Assembly (NCBI GenBank): GCA_013239625.1
Contig: MU054096.1
Location: 595,098-659,097, forward strand
DNA length: 64,000 bases
DNA from: Lama guanicoe
Lineage: Eukaryota
Reading direction: 5' to 3'
Part shown: positions 24,911 to 37,424 of the stretch, piece after piece
Layout of the letters: every line of letters starts with the position of its first letter
How positions within the stretch are numbered: position 1 is the first letter of the stretch
The notes under the pieces: generated by a model
Seen by the model: only the letters and a program-made list of their open reading frames with translations
Told to the model about the DNA's origin: nothing
Databases searched by the model: none
Made by a program: the position numbers and the translations under genes

Positions 24911-27429
24911 TCACTTTCCAGATTTTTATTTCAAGGTAGCCTAATAGAGAAGTATTTTGACCTCTTTCTTGCCTTCAAAGTTCATTCCCAAACAGTAACA
25001 GGAACAAGAAACAACGAAAAAAATCCCATTGCCAGTGAAACTGGAAGGTGTTTCATTCAAGTAAACTATGATTACAGAAAATGCTGGAGAACTCATAAAT
25101 GATGTAGCAGGGGACCCACCCACCATCATTCCTAAACTACAAAGCAACACAGGCGAAAGTTGAAGGCCACGTCCCACGGTTTCTCTCAGCTTTCTCCCTG
25201 GGCAGTGAAGCGTGAAGGAGGGCTGGATGGTGGAGTGTCGTTCCCAGGCTCTCGTCCCAGTGTCCCCTGTCCTTGAGGAGCAAACTGGAACAGTGTCAGG
25301 CTGGGATTTCCATCAGATTGGCAGCTCCACACTTGGAGGGGTGTGAAAAATTATGAAAAGAGTCATTTCCTGTTCACAATAGGAAAGGGAATCCTTGGAG
25401 AAGATCATAGACATGGAATACCAACTACATTTGCTTTTTTTCAGTTAAAAATTTTAATTGGGCTTCAGTTGTTTACAGTGATCATTTTTGACACAAAGGT
25501 AAACAAAAATACCAAAAATCCTTTTTGCATTGCCTGTACCCAGGAGTGACTGTTTCCATGTGAGTCTGTGTGATGTCTGTGTTAAAACGGAAAGGCTGAG
25601 TACTCGTTAGTTTCCACAATTGAGAATATTACCAAATGCCGAAATTTGATTTCCATTTTTTAGCTATCATTCTTTTGTGAAGAATAATAATTGACTGGGC
25701 TAAATGAAGGTTTATGTTTAAATCTCAACAAAATCTGTCCTAAGCCTGGGTCCCTGTGCAATGTATGTGTGATGTATAAATGAAACGCACTTGTGAGACC
25801 CAAGTGTTCACCGTGTACTGAAGGGTACTAATGACTTTAATAAGAGGGAAACGTTGTGCTTAAAGCAAACTGATTAACCTTGACAACAGAAGTGTAAACA
25901 AGAGTCTAATGAATATTAATTTTTTCTCTTTCCTGCATTAGCTGAAGCTGTTGACTGATTAGCTCTGACACCTACATGGTCAAATTAACAAGCATATTTG
26001 TAGGATATTTTCCATTGTTTATAACATCAACAATATTCCTGAACTTTGGTATGTTGTTAAAAGCAGCTTGCCATCATTTCTTAAAAATCTCTCAGGTTAC
26101 CTTTAAAACGAGCCTGTCTGTTAGCTCTGACATGGTGGAAGGTGGATGTTTTGGAAAGGGTGCATCTAGTTCCAATAATTCATAATGCGATTTCAGAGGC
26201 TAAACCAAAATGTAATAGTGACTCCATTATTAGACTTTCACATGAGCTGGATCACTTCTCAGCCGCACCGAGACAAGGGCAGGCTGGATATATCCAGAAC
26301 TACCATATTGAACTAAGTGCCACTTCCCATTGTGCCCTCGCCATCTGTATAATGACATCAAAGGAGACAAGGCAGGAGCAGATGGCACCAATGGGAAACA
26401 GGAGCAAAAGTCACACCCCCAGCACGCTGCTGAGTAATGAAAGTGTGGGGATGCGGGGGAGGAGCAGAAGGACCTTCAGGAAGGGTCGTGGCGGGGCTGT
26501 GAGTTGCTCAGCCCCACCATTACTGCAGAGCTAGAGCCCCACCCACTCCCACCCTTCTTAGGGGAAGGCCTCTTCCACTATCCCCACAAAGGCTGGCGTG
26601 TTTTCACAGGATCCCAACCTCCCTCACCTGAGCTGATCCTTGCAGGTGGTCAGCACCTAACCCAATCCAGACCCATTTTGCCCAGAATGTAAACTAAGTA
26701 AAAAGAGCTAGTCCTTCTCCAGTGGTGGCGAGAAGCCCAACACGAAACGTGTGAGCTGTCGGTAGTGATGTCTCCCCAGCCACGAGGAGAAAGCTAGCCT
26801 CCAGCTAGAGAGCATGGCAAATAATACAACAGGAAGTGAGAAACTGGTCAGGAGATACTTGAGGTTGGGTTTCAGAGGGAAAAAAAGAAATCTCTGGAAT
26901 GGAAGAGAGGTGGAACTCAGACTCACCGGCGTTCATTGCTCCCTAATTATGCAGGTAGAGGCATAAATTTTACAGGCCACAGCAGAAACGTGTGAAGACT
27001 GTCCCATCCAGCGTTGGCAGAAACAGTCAAGACTGGCCCAGAGCGGCACGTGGACCATTTGCTGCTTACGGTCAGGCACCAACCTGCAAAAGAAGCGAGG
27101 CTGTTTCACAGTCAGGCACCTTCTCCACAATAAGGGAAACCATTTAGCTCAGGTCCCCAGATTCGTGCCCCTCCCCAGCTTCACCCCAGTCAGAAAGCTT
27201 GTTCAGGATGCCTGAAGTGTTTCCTTCTCCTAATCCTCTTAAATCTAGTAGAAGCCAGAACACTCTCATAAATTTCTCCGTGGAGGTCGCGCCATTGGGA
27301 TGGCTGGGTTCTTTGTTGTGTGTCTAATGTGGGTTTCTCTGCAGAGGAAATTGGAACTAGGGAGAGAGAAAGAGCAAGCAAGAGGGACATTCAGTGAGTC
27401 TGCAGTGGTTAAAGTATCTTATAGCAATG

Positions 27430-27660
27430 ATGACATTGTAATAATAATGTGTCAAGTTCTCTGCCAAATATTTTACATACATTAATTCATTTCATTCTGG
27501 CAACAACCCTAGGAATCAAAACCCTGAAATTATCACTATTTTATATATAAGGAAACTGAGGCACCAGGAAGTTAACTTCCTCAAGGTCACATGACAAATA
27601 ATTGGCAGATCCTGGATGCTAAGCTGGTAATCTTGTATCTGTGCTTTTAATCAATATCCC
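27430..27660 (-). mobile_element. MIR
   Basis: AAGGAAACTGAGGCACCAGGAAGTTAAC..CAAGGTCACA core. Confidence 0.75.
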
Positions 27661-28319
27661 CTGCCACGTCTAATAGGAAGGAAATGTTACTCATGTATTG
27701 ATTGTGTTATTAAAACTAAACTAATAAAGACTCGACTTTTTTTAAGTTTGGAAAAGTGCACACCAAAATATTAAGTCAATTTTAAATACAGGGGATAACT
27801 TTTATGTTATTTATTTCTGGTTTTATTATTGCTATCATTTATTTTTTTCAAATAGATGTGGTTTACTCTTCGATAAAAAAGTCACTAGTTTTCGAGGGCC
27901 CACAGTTCTAACTGTCTTGCAGAACTTCCCACACTGTCATAAGGGAACGTTCTCTAAAGCACGCTGTTGTGATTGGGTGAAACTGTTAGATTTTGCAGAG
28001 ATGTTGCGTCCGTGTTTTCCCCTCCCCTGTCACCGCCTGTTGTCTGAGAAGATGTGTGTTATACTAGGAAGCATGAGGATGGTGTGTAATAAGGTTGATT
28101 TGCACGTGGTCATGATTCTGCAGAATGAGGGCCCTGAGAACTTCCTCATGGTTGAGTGGATTCAGTACCTGTCATTTCCGTCTGGGAACAGTCGTGGTGA
28201 AGGGACACCAGCATGATACTAGAGAAAAGAACATGACATTGGGAGAGCAGGCTGAGATTTGGGAAGAAGGGGTAGTTTATCCCATTAGAAACGCTTATCC
28301 CAACTGTATCTTTATCTAA

Positions 28320-28410
28320 TTTTTTTTTAATGGCGGTCCTAGGGATTGAGCCCAGGACCTGTGCATGCCAACTAAGCATGTGCTCTACCACTGAGCTATG
28401 CCCTCCCCTC
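28320..28410 (-). mobile_element. vic-1-type SINE
   Basis: GGGATTGAGCCCAGGACC..CTCTACCACTGAGCTATGCCCTCCCC. Confidence 0.9.
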
Positions 28411-28959
28411 TGTATGTTAAATGGTGTGACCTTGTACAAACCATTTAACCTTCTGGCCTTTAGTTTTCTTGTACATAGAAGACAATTCAAAAATTGTAAT
28501 ATTCCATGAGTTGGTTATGTCTGTAGAACTAACCTGTATACTTTTGATTAAAAGTGAAATTTCCTGATCATTCAAAAACTGAACTTTCTCATCTTTTGGA
28601 CAGATGGATAACGCTCCCTCAGGGAAACAGGTGTTATAGCTATTTAAATGCATTCCTTTATCTAAATGAAAGTCAAATATACACATCCAAAAAGTCAGGG
28701 CTGGCTGGTGGGGAGAGCCCAGGAGACTTGAGAATTTTAGACTTGGTTTCAAGAGCCAAATGGATGTCAGCCTTCAGCTCACAGGGTGAAAGCAACATTT
28801 AATATTGATAGCTTCAAGTCAATGCTTTCTGACGTGGATCCTAGCAGAAAAAAAAAAAAACCAGACAAGTATAAAAATTAATTTCTGCCTGAAGACAGTT
28901 CATTTGGGAATGAGATGGCCTATATGTAAAAAGTTTCTCTCTCTAAAGAGCATTACAAG

Positions 28960-29160
28960 TAAAAGGAATCAGTTGTGAAACTTACGGAAAGGGCACATAG
29001 GCACAAGGAATGCTTTCTGGTTGCTGGAGATACACCATTTCTTGATTGTGGTGGTGCTTCCATGGGTGTATCCATCCATTGGTCAAAACATTGAGCCGTA
29101 CAGTTACATTGCATACATTTTACTGTATGCAAACTCAATTGAGTTGGATTAAAAAAAATA
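28960..29160 (+). mobile_element. Old L1 (L1MC/MD-type) 3' end
   Basis: TCTTGATTGTGGTGGTG..CATGGGTGTAT..GTCAAAAC..TTTTACTGTATGCAAA. Confidence 0.6.
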
Positions 29161-29419
29161 CTCATGGGGACCCCCTGTCAACATATACTCAAAAGCATTC
29201 TTTCTCACTTCTTGGAGCTAAGATAATAAAATTTCAAAATATTTAATTTAAAATCTGCTTCCCTTTTAACTCAGAAATCCCATTTATATAAATTATCATT
29301 GTAAAAGGATCCTAACTGATGGGAACTGAAATGAATCTTCAAGGATGTTCACTGTAAAGCTGCTTATAACTGGAAGCACAGACGCAAAGTAAAGATTTGG
29401 CCTTGAGGTGAGGGGCATG

Positions 29420-29645
29420 TACCCAGAGCCTGGGCTCTGAAGCCAGGATGTTCAGACCCCAGCTCTGTTGTTTAATAGCTGGACATTTCAGGCAAGTCTC
29501 TTAACCTCTCTTGTCTTATTTTCCCCATTTCTGAAATGAGGTTAATAATAATACTCTAGTTGTCATGATGATTAAATAAGTTAATATTTGGGAAGTGCTT
29601 AAAACAGTGCTCGGCACATAACAAGTGCTGAATATGTAATCATTA
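29420..29645 (+). mobile_element. MIR
   Basis: GGCAAGTCTCTTAACCTCTC..TGAAATGAGGTTAATAATA..GTGCTTAAAACAGTGCTCGGCACATA. Confidence 0.8.
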
Positions 29646-31228
29646 AAGTGAACATGGTGTGTCTCTTATATTACCAGACTTCTAGCCTAAAAATAGTTCA
29701 TGTTCATGTATTTTTTTCTACTAAGTCTCTGTTGACATGGTGATTTTATATCATATATACTGAATTATAAGGATAAAAATAACAAATTATTTTTATGAGC
29801 TGTAACTTACAAGTTGTAGAACATTCTTCTAGAGCCTTCCAAGTGCCATCCTCAACGTCCTGATGATAATTATGGAAACTGAGCGGTGCATTCGGGGGTG
29901 TTTATTATACTAGCCTTTCTACTTTAGTGTATGTTTGAAATTTTCCATAATGAAACAGCACCGCCTTCTCATTCCTAATGTAGTTTTTAGAGTCTTTGTT
30001 CTTTTTAAACAGTTCCTGGTTGAGGGTGGATGTTTGTAATTAAATTGTGGGCTGAGGCTTGTCACAGTCAAATCAAAACAAGAATTGGGAGTGGGGTGGT
30101 AGGTAGGCATATTAAAGCTAAAAATCGCCTAGCTTTTAAGGAATAATATATTACTATATAATTACATGTGTCCTCACTTTTGTTTGCCTTCAAATGAAGC
30201 TGCACGTCTTCATTTTGCTGCCACTGGATAATAGTGCGCGTTGAATGTCAAACATAATTAAAACATAGCCAAGCACGAGGAGAGACATTGTCAGCAGCCG
30301 TGAATACAGTGCTGTTTTGCATCCAGTAAAAAACGGTGCCACAGGCAGCTGAACAGATGCTGCATTTAACTCAAAGGAGTTTACGGAGAAGGGGAAGGAA
30401 TTGCACAAGACAGTGTCACCACGTTCATTTCATCTCCTGGCTGTTCTTTACCTGGACTGTTCATTGAATCTCTTGCCTGTTTTCCTTGCCTCCAGGCTTT
30501 CCCTCTTTAATTCTTCTTCGTTTTCTAAAACTTGTCCAGCTCAGACCCTGCTCTGGCTACTCAGGTTCCGCAGTCTGTTCAAGCCAGTCCCAGCCAATCC
30601 TGTGCCTATCCTGGCCTTCAAAGCCTCTGCCGTCTGGCTCTGACCTGTGAGCCTGGTCCTGGCTCCAGCCAGCCTCTCCGGCATCCCGTTCCCTGGTCAA
30701 ATTAATTCCTTCTTTCCTTTGTACAACCAAACTCCACGTTTAAAATTGCCACCTCATTACAGCCACCTTCCACCCTTTGCTGCCCCCAGTTCATCTGCAA
30801 GGTCATTAACAATTTTTTTGAAATGTTTTTAAAAACCTCCCAATCCTTCCAATGTCTGCCTTGCAAGTCACCTAGTTACACATTCAACTGTCTTCCTCAG
30901 TTTCCAAAGCCATCTGTCATTTCCTCCCCTTTACATCACATCCCTGTATCCTTTCAGCTCCCCGCACCAGTTCCTTCTTCCTGTAGGCCCCCGTTTCACG
31001 CACGCTCTACCTGCCAGCTCCAAACATCCTTCACCCTTCGTGATGATTACTTGTCAAATGTGTGTCTCCCCAACTCAACCATCAATTCTGTATGGCGGGG
31101 ACCACGTTTGTCTTTTTCACATTGTAATCCCAAAGCCTGGAGCCGAGAGACAAAACAAGTATTTTCAGAAAATGAAGAAATGCAGCAACTCTCTTTATTT
31201 TATGCAGTATGAGGTATCCAATATTTTT

Positions 31229-31321
31229 GTTTGTTTGTTTTTTGCTGGGGGGGAATTAGGTTTGTTTATTTACTTTGAATGGAGGTACTGGGGATTGAAC
31301 CCTGGACCTCATACATGGAGT
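31229..31321 (-). mobile_element. 5'-truncated vic-1-type SINE with TSD
   Basis: GGAGGTACTGGGGATTGAACCC; direct repeat TATCCAATATTTT on both sides. Confidence 0.85.
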
Positions 31322-31509
31322 TATCCAATATTTTGTTCTCTCCTTATGTTAATGCCCTCTCCGCTTCATGCCAGGAATCATTTTTTCTTTCCATTCCTCA
31401 TTAGAAAGCATTTCCTAACGCCTAAATTCCCTTACACCATTTTTTTTCCAAACAGAGTATGCATGAACTACAACAATCCTAAAATATCCCAAAAGAGATA
31501 TTATAGAGA

Positions 31510-33228
31510 TTTTTTTAACACCTTTATTGTGGTATGGTTCCTGTAGAGTGAACTACACACATTTAGATGTACAATTTGATGAATTTTGATAGATGTATAC
31601 ACCAGTTAAACCACCACCACAGTCAAGATAGCTAACATTTCCATCACTCCCCAAGAGGTGCAATTTTCAAATTCCCAATTCATCCCTTCCCACCCCTTTA
31701 CCCCTTGGTAACCGTTAAGTTTGTTCTCTATGTCTGTGAGTCTGTTTCTGTTTTGTAGATAAGTTCATTTGTGCCCTTTATTTTAAGATTCCATACATAA
31801 GCAATATCATATGGCATTTTTCTTTCTCTTTCTGGCTCACTTCACTTAGAATGATGATCTCCAGGTCCATCCATGTTGCTGCAAATGGCATTATTTTATT
31901 CTTTTTATGGCTGAGTAGTATTCCATTGTATAAATATACCACATCTTTATCCAGTCATCTGTTGATGGATATTTGGGTTATTTCCATGTTCTGGCTGTTG
32001 TGAACAGTGCTGCTATGAACATTGGGGTGCAGAAGTCTTTTTGAATTCTATTTATCTCTGGACATATGCCCAGGAGTGGGATTGCTGGATAATATGGTAA
32101 GTCTTATCTTTAGTTTTTTAGGTAACTTCCATACTGTCCTCCATGGTGGCTGCACCAATTTATATTCCCACCAACCGTGTAGGAGGGTTCCTTTTTCTCC
32201 ACACCCTCTCCAGCATTTATTGCTTGTGGACTTTTTCAATGATGGTGATTCTGACTGGTGTGAGGTGATATCTCATTGTAGTTTTGTTTGCATTTCTCTT
32301 AATTAGTGATGCTGAACATCTTTTTATGTGAATTTGTTGGCCATCTGTCTGTCTTCTTTGGAAAGATGTCTATTTAGGTCTTCTGCCCATTTTTTGATTG
32401 GGTTGCTTGTTTTTTTGATATTGAGGTATATGAGCTGTTTGTATATTTGGGGAATTAGTCTCTTGGTGGTGGTATCATTTGCAAGTATTTTCTCCCACTC
32501 TGTAGATTGTCTTTTCATTTCGTTGATGGTATCCTTAGCTGTGCAAAAGATTTTAAGTTTAATTAGATCCCATTTGTTTATTTTTGCTTTTATTTTTGTT
32601 ACTCTAGGAGCTGGTTCAAAAAATATATTGCTGTGGTTTATGTCCAAGAGTGTTCTGCCTATGTTTTGCTCTAGGAGTTTTATAGTATCTGGTCTTACGT
32701 TTAAGTCTTTAATCCATTTTGAGGTTTTTTTTGTATATGGTATTCAAGAATGTTCTAGTTTGTCTTTTACACTTTGTCTGTTTTCCCAGCACCACTTATT
32801 GAAGAGATTGTCTTCTCTCCTTTGTATCTTCTTGCCTCCTTTGTTGTAGATTGATTGACCGTAAGTGTGTAGGTTTATTTCTGGATTTTCTATCCTGTTC
32901 CATTGAGCTATGTGTCTGTTTTTGTGCCAGTACCATACTGTTTTGATTACTGTGGCTTTGTAGTAGAGTCTGAAGTCTGGAAGTGTGATTCCCCCAGCAC
33001 CATTCTTCTTTTTCAAGATTGTTTTGGCTATTCGGGGTCTTCTGTGTCTCCGTACAAATTCCAGCCATCTGTGAAAAATGTCCTTGGTAATTTGATAGGA
33101 GTTGCATTGAATCTGTATATTGCCTTGGGTAGTATGGCCACTTTAACAACATTGATTTTTTCAACCCAAGAACCCAGTACATCTTTCAATTTGTTTATGT
33201 CATCCTCAGTTTCTTTCATCAGTGTCTT
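31510..33228 (-). mobile_element. L1 copy A (ORF2 C-terminal part, frameshifted; chimeric 3' tail)
   Basis: Minus-strand ORFs [61 protein letters not shown]. Confidence 0.95.
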
Positions 33229-33334
33229 ATGCTTGTCCTTAACTAGCCATACCCGGGCTCCAAAACAGAAACATTGAAGAAGACATAAATGTTTGGGGAA
33301 AAGTTTAGCCTAATCATGGAAAATGATATGTGTG

Positions 33335-33705
33335 TTGCTACACTGCAGCCCATGGGCCAGATCCCAGATCCAGACTTTTTTTTTTTCGAAGTATAGTCAG
33401 TTTACAATGTTTTGTCAATTTCTGGTGCACAGCATCATGTTTCCGTCATACATACACATACATATATTTGTTTTTGTATTCTTCTTCATTATAGGTTGCT
33501 TTACAGTAGAAATTCGTGTTTTGTCTATCTTGTATATACTAGTTAATGATGTTTTATTGGAACTTAGCCACACGTTCATTCACATACTGTTTACGGCTCT
33601 TTTGCTCTCCAAGAACAGAGTTGAGTCATGACAGAGACTGTGGCCCACACAGCCTAAAATAGTTACTTTTGGTCCCTTGTCAGAAAACGTTTGATGGCTT
33701 CTGGT
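33335..33705. mobile_element. MER58-like hAT MITE with a short minus-strand L1 3' end inserted (~33376-33545)
   Basis: CAGCCCATGGGCCAGATCC..GTTTTATTGGAACTTAGCCAC..GCCTAAAATAGTTACTTTTGGTCCCTTG. Confidence 0.7.
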
Positions 33706-34699
33706 ATAAAAGATTGTGTTTTAGAGGCTGCCATGGGAAGGATGTGAGTTCCGGTCCAACGGGAAGAGAGACCTCTCTAGGAACACAGTTTGAGCTCTAG
33801 AAAGAACATTTTGCAATGTCCAGTGACCCTCCAGATAAGAAGGTGTAGTGTCCCAAGGTACAGATAAACACCTGGAGGAAAATTTTCTACCCTAGAGAAA
33901 CAGCAGTACCAACGGGGATGCTCTGTTGGTGGTTTGAGTGAACTTGCGAAGCGAGTATCCAAAGGAAATTGTCCCAAACCCCGATCACAGCCAGCTGTGC
34001 TGCTCCTGAATCATCTGAGAGTTTGTTTTTGATGTTAAGCTGGTGGCTTTTGGGTGAAATGGAGGTTGGTGCTCAGAGCCACGGTAGAAGTAGGAGACAC
34101 GGGGACATAGGACAGAGCAGAGATTTAGCACACAGATGGGTGCCCTTGGCAATCAGTTCACCAACAACTGCAAGTCTCCATCACCCCACACATGGGATGA
34201 GGGCTGGAATGTGTAGATGCTTAAATAAGAAAATGCACGTGAAAGTATCTGGCATAATCAGATAAGTATATCCTTATATCCTGGGCTTTGCTGCATGGAA
34301 CACGGCCATCTACCATGAAGAATTGTGTCATCATCCGGGAGACTGGCAGAATAAGCTCTCCATAAATAAGAGTGATTTTTTTCTGACAGTAGAAGTACAT
34401 ATAAATGCTTATTTGGGGCCCCTCAATGACCTGGGATTACTGTCAGATTCTCCCCTGACCCTTGAAGTCACATAAAAAAGTCCTGGCCCCATGGGATTAC
34501 CTGCTCCACAGTCTTCCCTCCCCTTCTTTCAAGAGCATTTCCAATCTGGTCTGTTTGGCAGTGACTTCCCCAGGAGACAAAAGAATTGTGCTTCATGGCA
34601 TTTTTCTTCACCCTTTCAGAGGGAGCATGCTTTCATTTGCTTACTGAGGGTCTACCATGTGCCGAATGTCCTTCTAGGATTTGAATGCACAGTTGTGAA

Positions 34700-35060
34700 C
34701 CTCAGTACTTCTTAAGGGAGTGCCAGCTGCTGTGATGAATAAACTCCAAATCGCAGTGGGTTAAGCCAGCACACGTACATTTCCAGCTTCTTGTAAGGTC
34801 TGATATGCAGGAAGACGGGGGTGCACTCTTCTCCACAGGGTGACTCAGGCACCAGGATGATGGGAGCTCTGCCGTCTTCTGCTCAGGGCTTCCAAGAGGT
34901 CCTGAGTTAACAGATGAGGGGTAAGAGAGCATGGCGGATGGGCCACATCTTGCAGGGACACACCTCACTTCTGTGCACACTCTGTTGGCCAGAACTCAGT
35001 CATGTGGCCTGTCCTGGATGCAGGGCACGCTGAGCAATGGTGTCTGTGGCTACAAACCCC
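34700..35060 (-). mobile_element. Old MaLR LTR
   Basis: CAAATCGCAGTGGGTTAAG..GGCCAGAACTCAGTCATGTGGCC. Confidence 0.6.
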
Positions 35061-36699
35061 TGCCTTGCAATGATTAGTGCTATTAAAGTAACTTTTTTCA
35101 GACAACTGACCATGCCACCACACTTCCCTAGAAAGGAGAGAAGCCATGAACAATTACAGGTATAAACCCTGGAGCAGGATCCTAGTTCTGGAAAAGCAAG
35201 CTTGCTGAGGGTGGGAAGAGAAGTCCACATTTTCGGTCACAAAAGCCCTCACTGGAAAATTTTAATAAGTTCTATCAAACCCTCCAAATGCAATCCATGC
35301 TCTCACACTAAAAGTAAAAACAGACATTCACACACAAGACAAGAATTCATGCAGAGGTGGTGTCTTTTTTAGTGTAACTTTATTTTTCCACTTTTATTAG
35401 ATCATTCTGGTGTTTTCTTCAGACTTTTGCTTCATGAATTTGCTACTCTAATCTCAGAGGATGCCTCAGTCCATCTCTGTTGGAAACTTACTTGATAAGC
35501 ATCTGTCATAGTGTTTAATTATATGTTAACAGTTAGCTTTAAAAAATGCATTAATGACATTTGCATTCTGGAATTGTTCCTCCTGCAGTTGTGCAGATCA
35601 TGTTGTATAAGGAAGCTTTTGCCAGGGAAAAGATCTAGAAGTTTCCAGCTATCACAGGAACTCTGGGTCTTAATTAAGCAATCTGATTCCACAAAGTGTG
35701 TATGAGTGTAAGATCACATACCTGGGGGGCATTAAAGCTAAAGTCTCTTCTCTGAACGTCAGTTACAATTTGTAGTATCACAGTGTCACTGTGAAATATC
35801 CTAAATTATAACTGAAAGTTTATCACCGGAATTAAGTGGAGAGAGAAAGTTTTAATCCTTCAGTGGGTCACTCAGTCCGAAAGGCATTTATTTCTGGGTC
35901 CATGCGTAACTCGGTACTGAGTAATACTTTTCACCTGACAATATTAGTGTGTAGTTACTTTTTGGATGTCCCCTCTTACGTTGCATTACACTCAGTTACG
36001 TTACTTGTCAGCTATAATGATGCAAGACAACAGGATACGATATTCAGAAAAGAACACGATTATTGAAGGACAGTGTGTCTCAAACGAAGCAATAGTGTTC
36101 TTGAGGGTCTTTTGGAAATTAGTGGAGACATGTTTGGTTGTCTCAATTATTGGAAGGCATTACTGGCGTGTAGGGGCCAGTGTGCTGAGCAGTCCGATGC
36201 AGCAAACAGCCCAGCAGGAGACACAGCCCTAGGTCCTGACAGACATTCATGAAGAAGTAATACCTTCATTATCTGAGCCCAGCACCTGTTTTTCACATTA
36301 ACACAAAGTAGCACAATTTTTAGACTCATTGACCTTTCTGGAAATATAACTACCATGTAAATCCATGGAAGATTGACCTTTGTTTTGTTCAGAAATTTAC
36401 AAGGAGATGTTCATTTTGAAATCTCAGGCTTCTCACTGCAATGTTGGTTTCAACCACCAATACCAGTCAGCTTGGTAGCTCTCCATTGGCGTGGATTCTA
36501 ATTTAAGTAAACACGTAGCCTTTCATTATAAACTATTTTCCGTTTATCTCTCCTTTATTTATAGGTAGGGTTTTTTTTTGTTGTTGTTGTTTTTAACCTG
36601 TGAATATCAGGAGACTGACAAAATCTTCGTGGCTTTGAGTCTCAGAGGCTTGGGAACCACTGCTTAGGACAGTGCAAGTTTTCAGGAGTACAATGAGAT

Positions 36700-37115
36700 C
36701 ATAATGATAATGGCAGTTACCCTTTACTGACTGGCTTGTCATGCACCAAAGCAGAGTGCTCACCACTTTACAGATATCTTCTCATCGGGTTCTCACAGTA
36801 AATCTTCCAGATGGGTATATTTTTATCCCTATTTTCGCAAGTGAGACAAGTGAGCACACAGAAGTTAATTTGGCCAATACAGGAAGTAAATGGTATGGAA
36901 CCGTGGATACAGAACCATGGATACGGAACCAAGGATACGGAACCATGGTTAAGCAGGGCTGACGTCACTACCCCATTTTATATAAGGGACTTGAGTATTC
37001 GCAGATTTTGGTATCTGCATGGGTCCTGGAAATAATCCCCACAGATACAGAGGGGCAACTGTAATAGAGCATCATTTGAACCCAAATCTGCTTGACCTCA
37101 AAGCCAACGTGCTTT
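36700..37115. mobile_element. MIR interrupted by a Tigger/MER2-like MITE (~36880-37062) carrying a 14-bp tandem repeat
   Basis: GGATACGGAACC-type unit x4; TATATAAGGGACTTGAG..GGAAATAATCCCCACAGATACAGAGGGGCAACTGTA terminus. Confidence 0.7.
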
Positions 37116-37271
37116 CCTGCTCAGTTAAACCTCCAACTTAGAAAAGATTGCTGCATTGGCTGAGGGAACAGCTGAAAGCTGGTAGGTCATAGCTGTGTGT
37201 CTGAACCATCATTGCTTTCAGTACAGCAAAACCAGTCTCCTAATTTGAGGAAAGGAGAGAGACTACCTAAA

Positions 37272-37380
37272 ACAGTGCTTCTCAAACTATAATGTACGTA
37301 CTCAACTGAGGAACTTATTAAAATGAAGATTCTGATTCAATTAGCTGCTGCTGGTCTCCAGACCACTTTTTGTACCGCAA
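37272..37380. mobile_element. MER5-like hAT MITE
   Basis: CAGTGCTTCTCAAACT..TTAAAATGAAGATTCTGATTCA..CTGCTGGTCTCCAGACCAC. Confidence 0.65.
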
Positions 37381-37424
37381 AGATCTAAAGATATGTTTCA
37401 AATATCAATGTGTCTTAGGTGTAG

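Noticed and set aside
36893..36948. Short periodic repeats resembling a CRISPR-like array
   Set aside because: No unique spacers, eukaryotic context, and explained by a Tigger internal repeat
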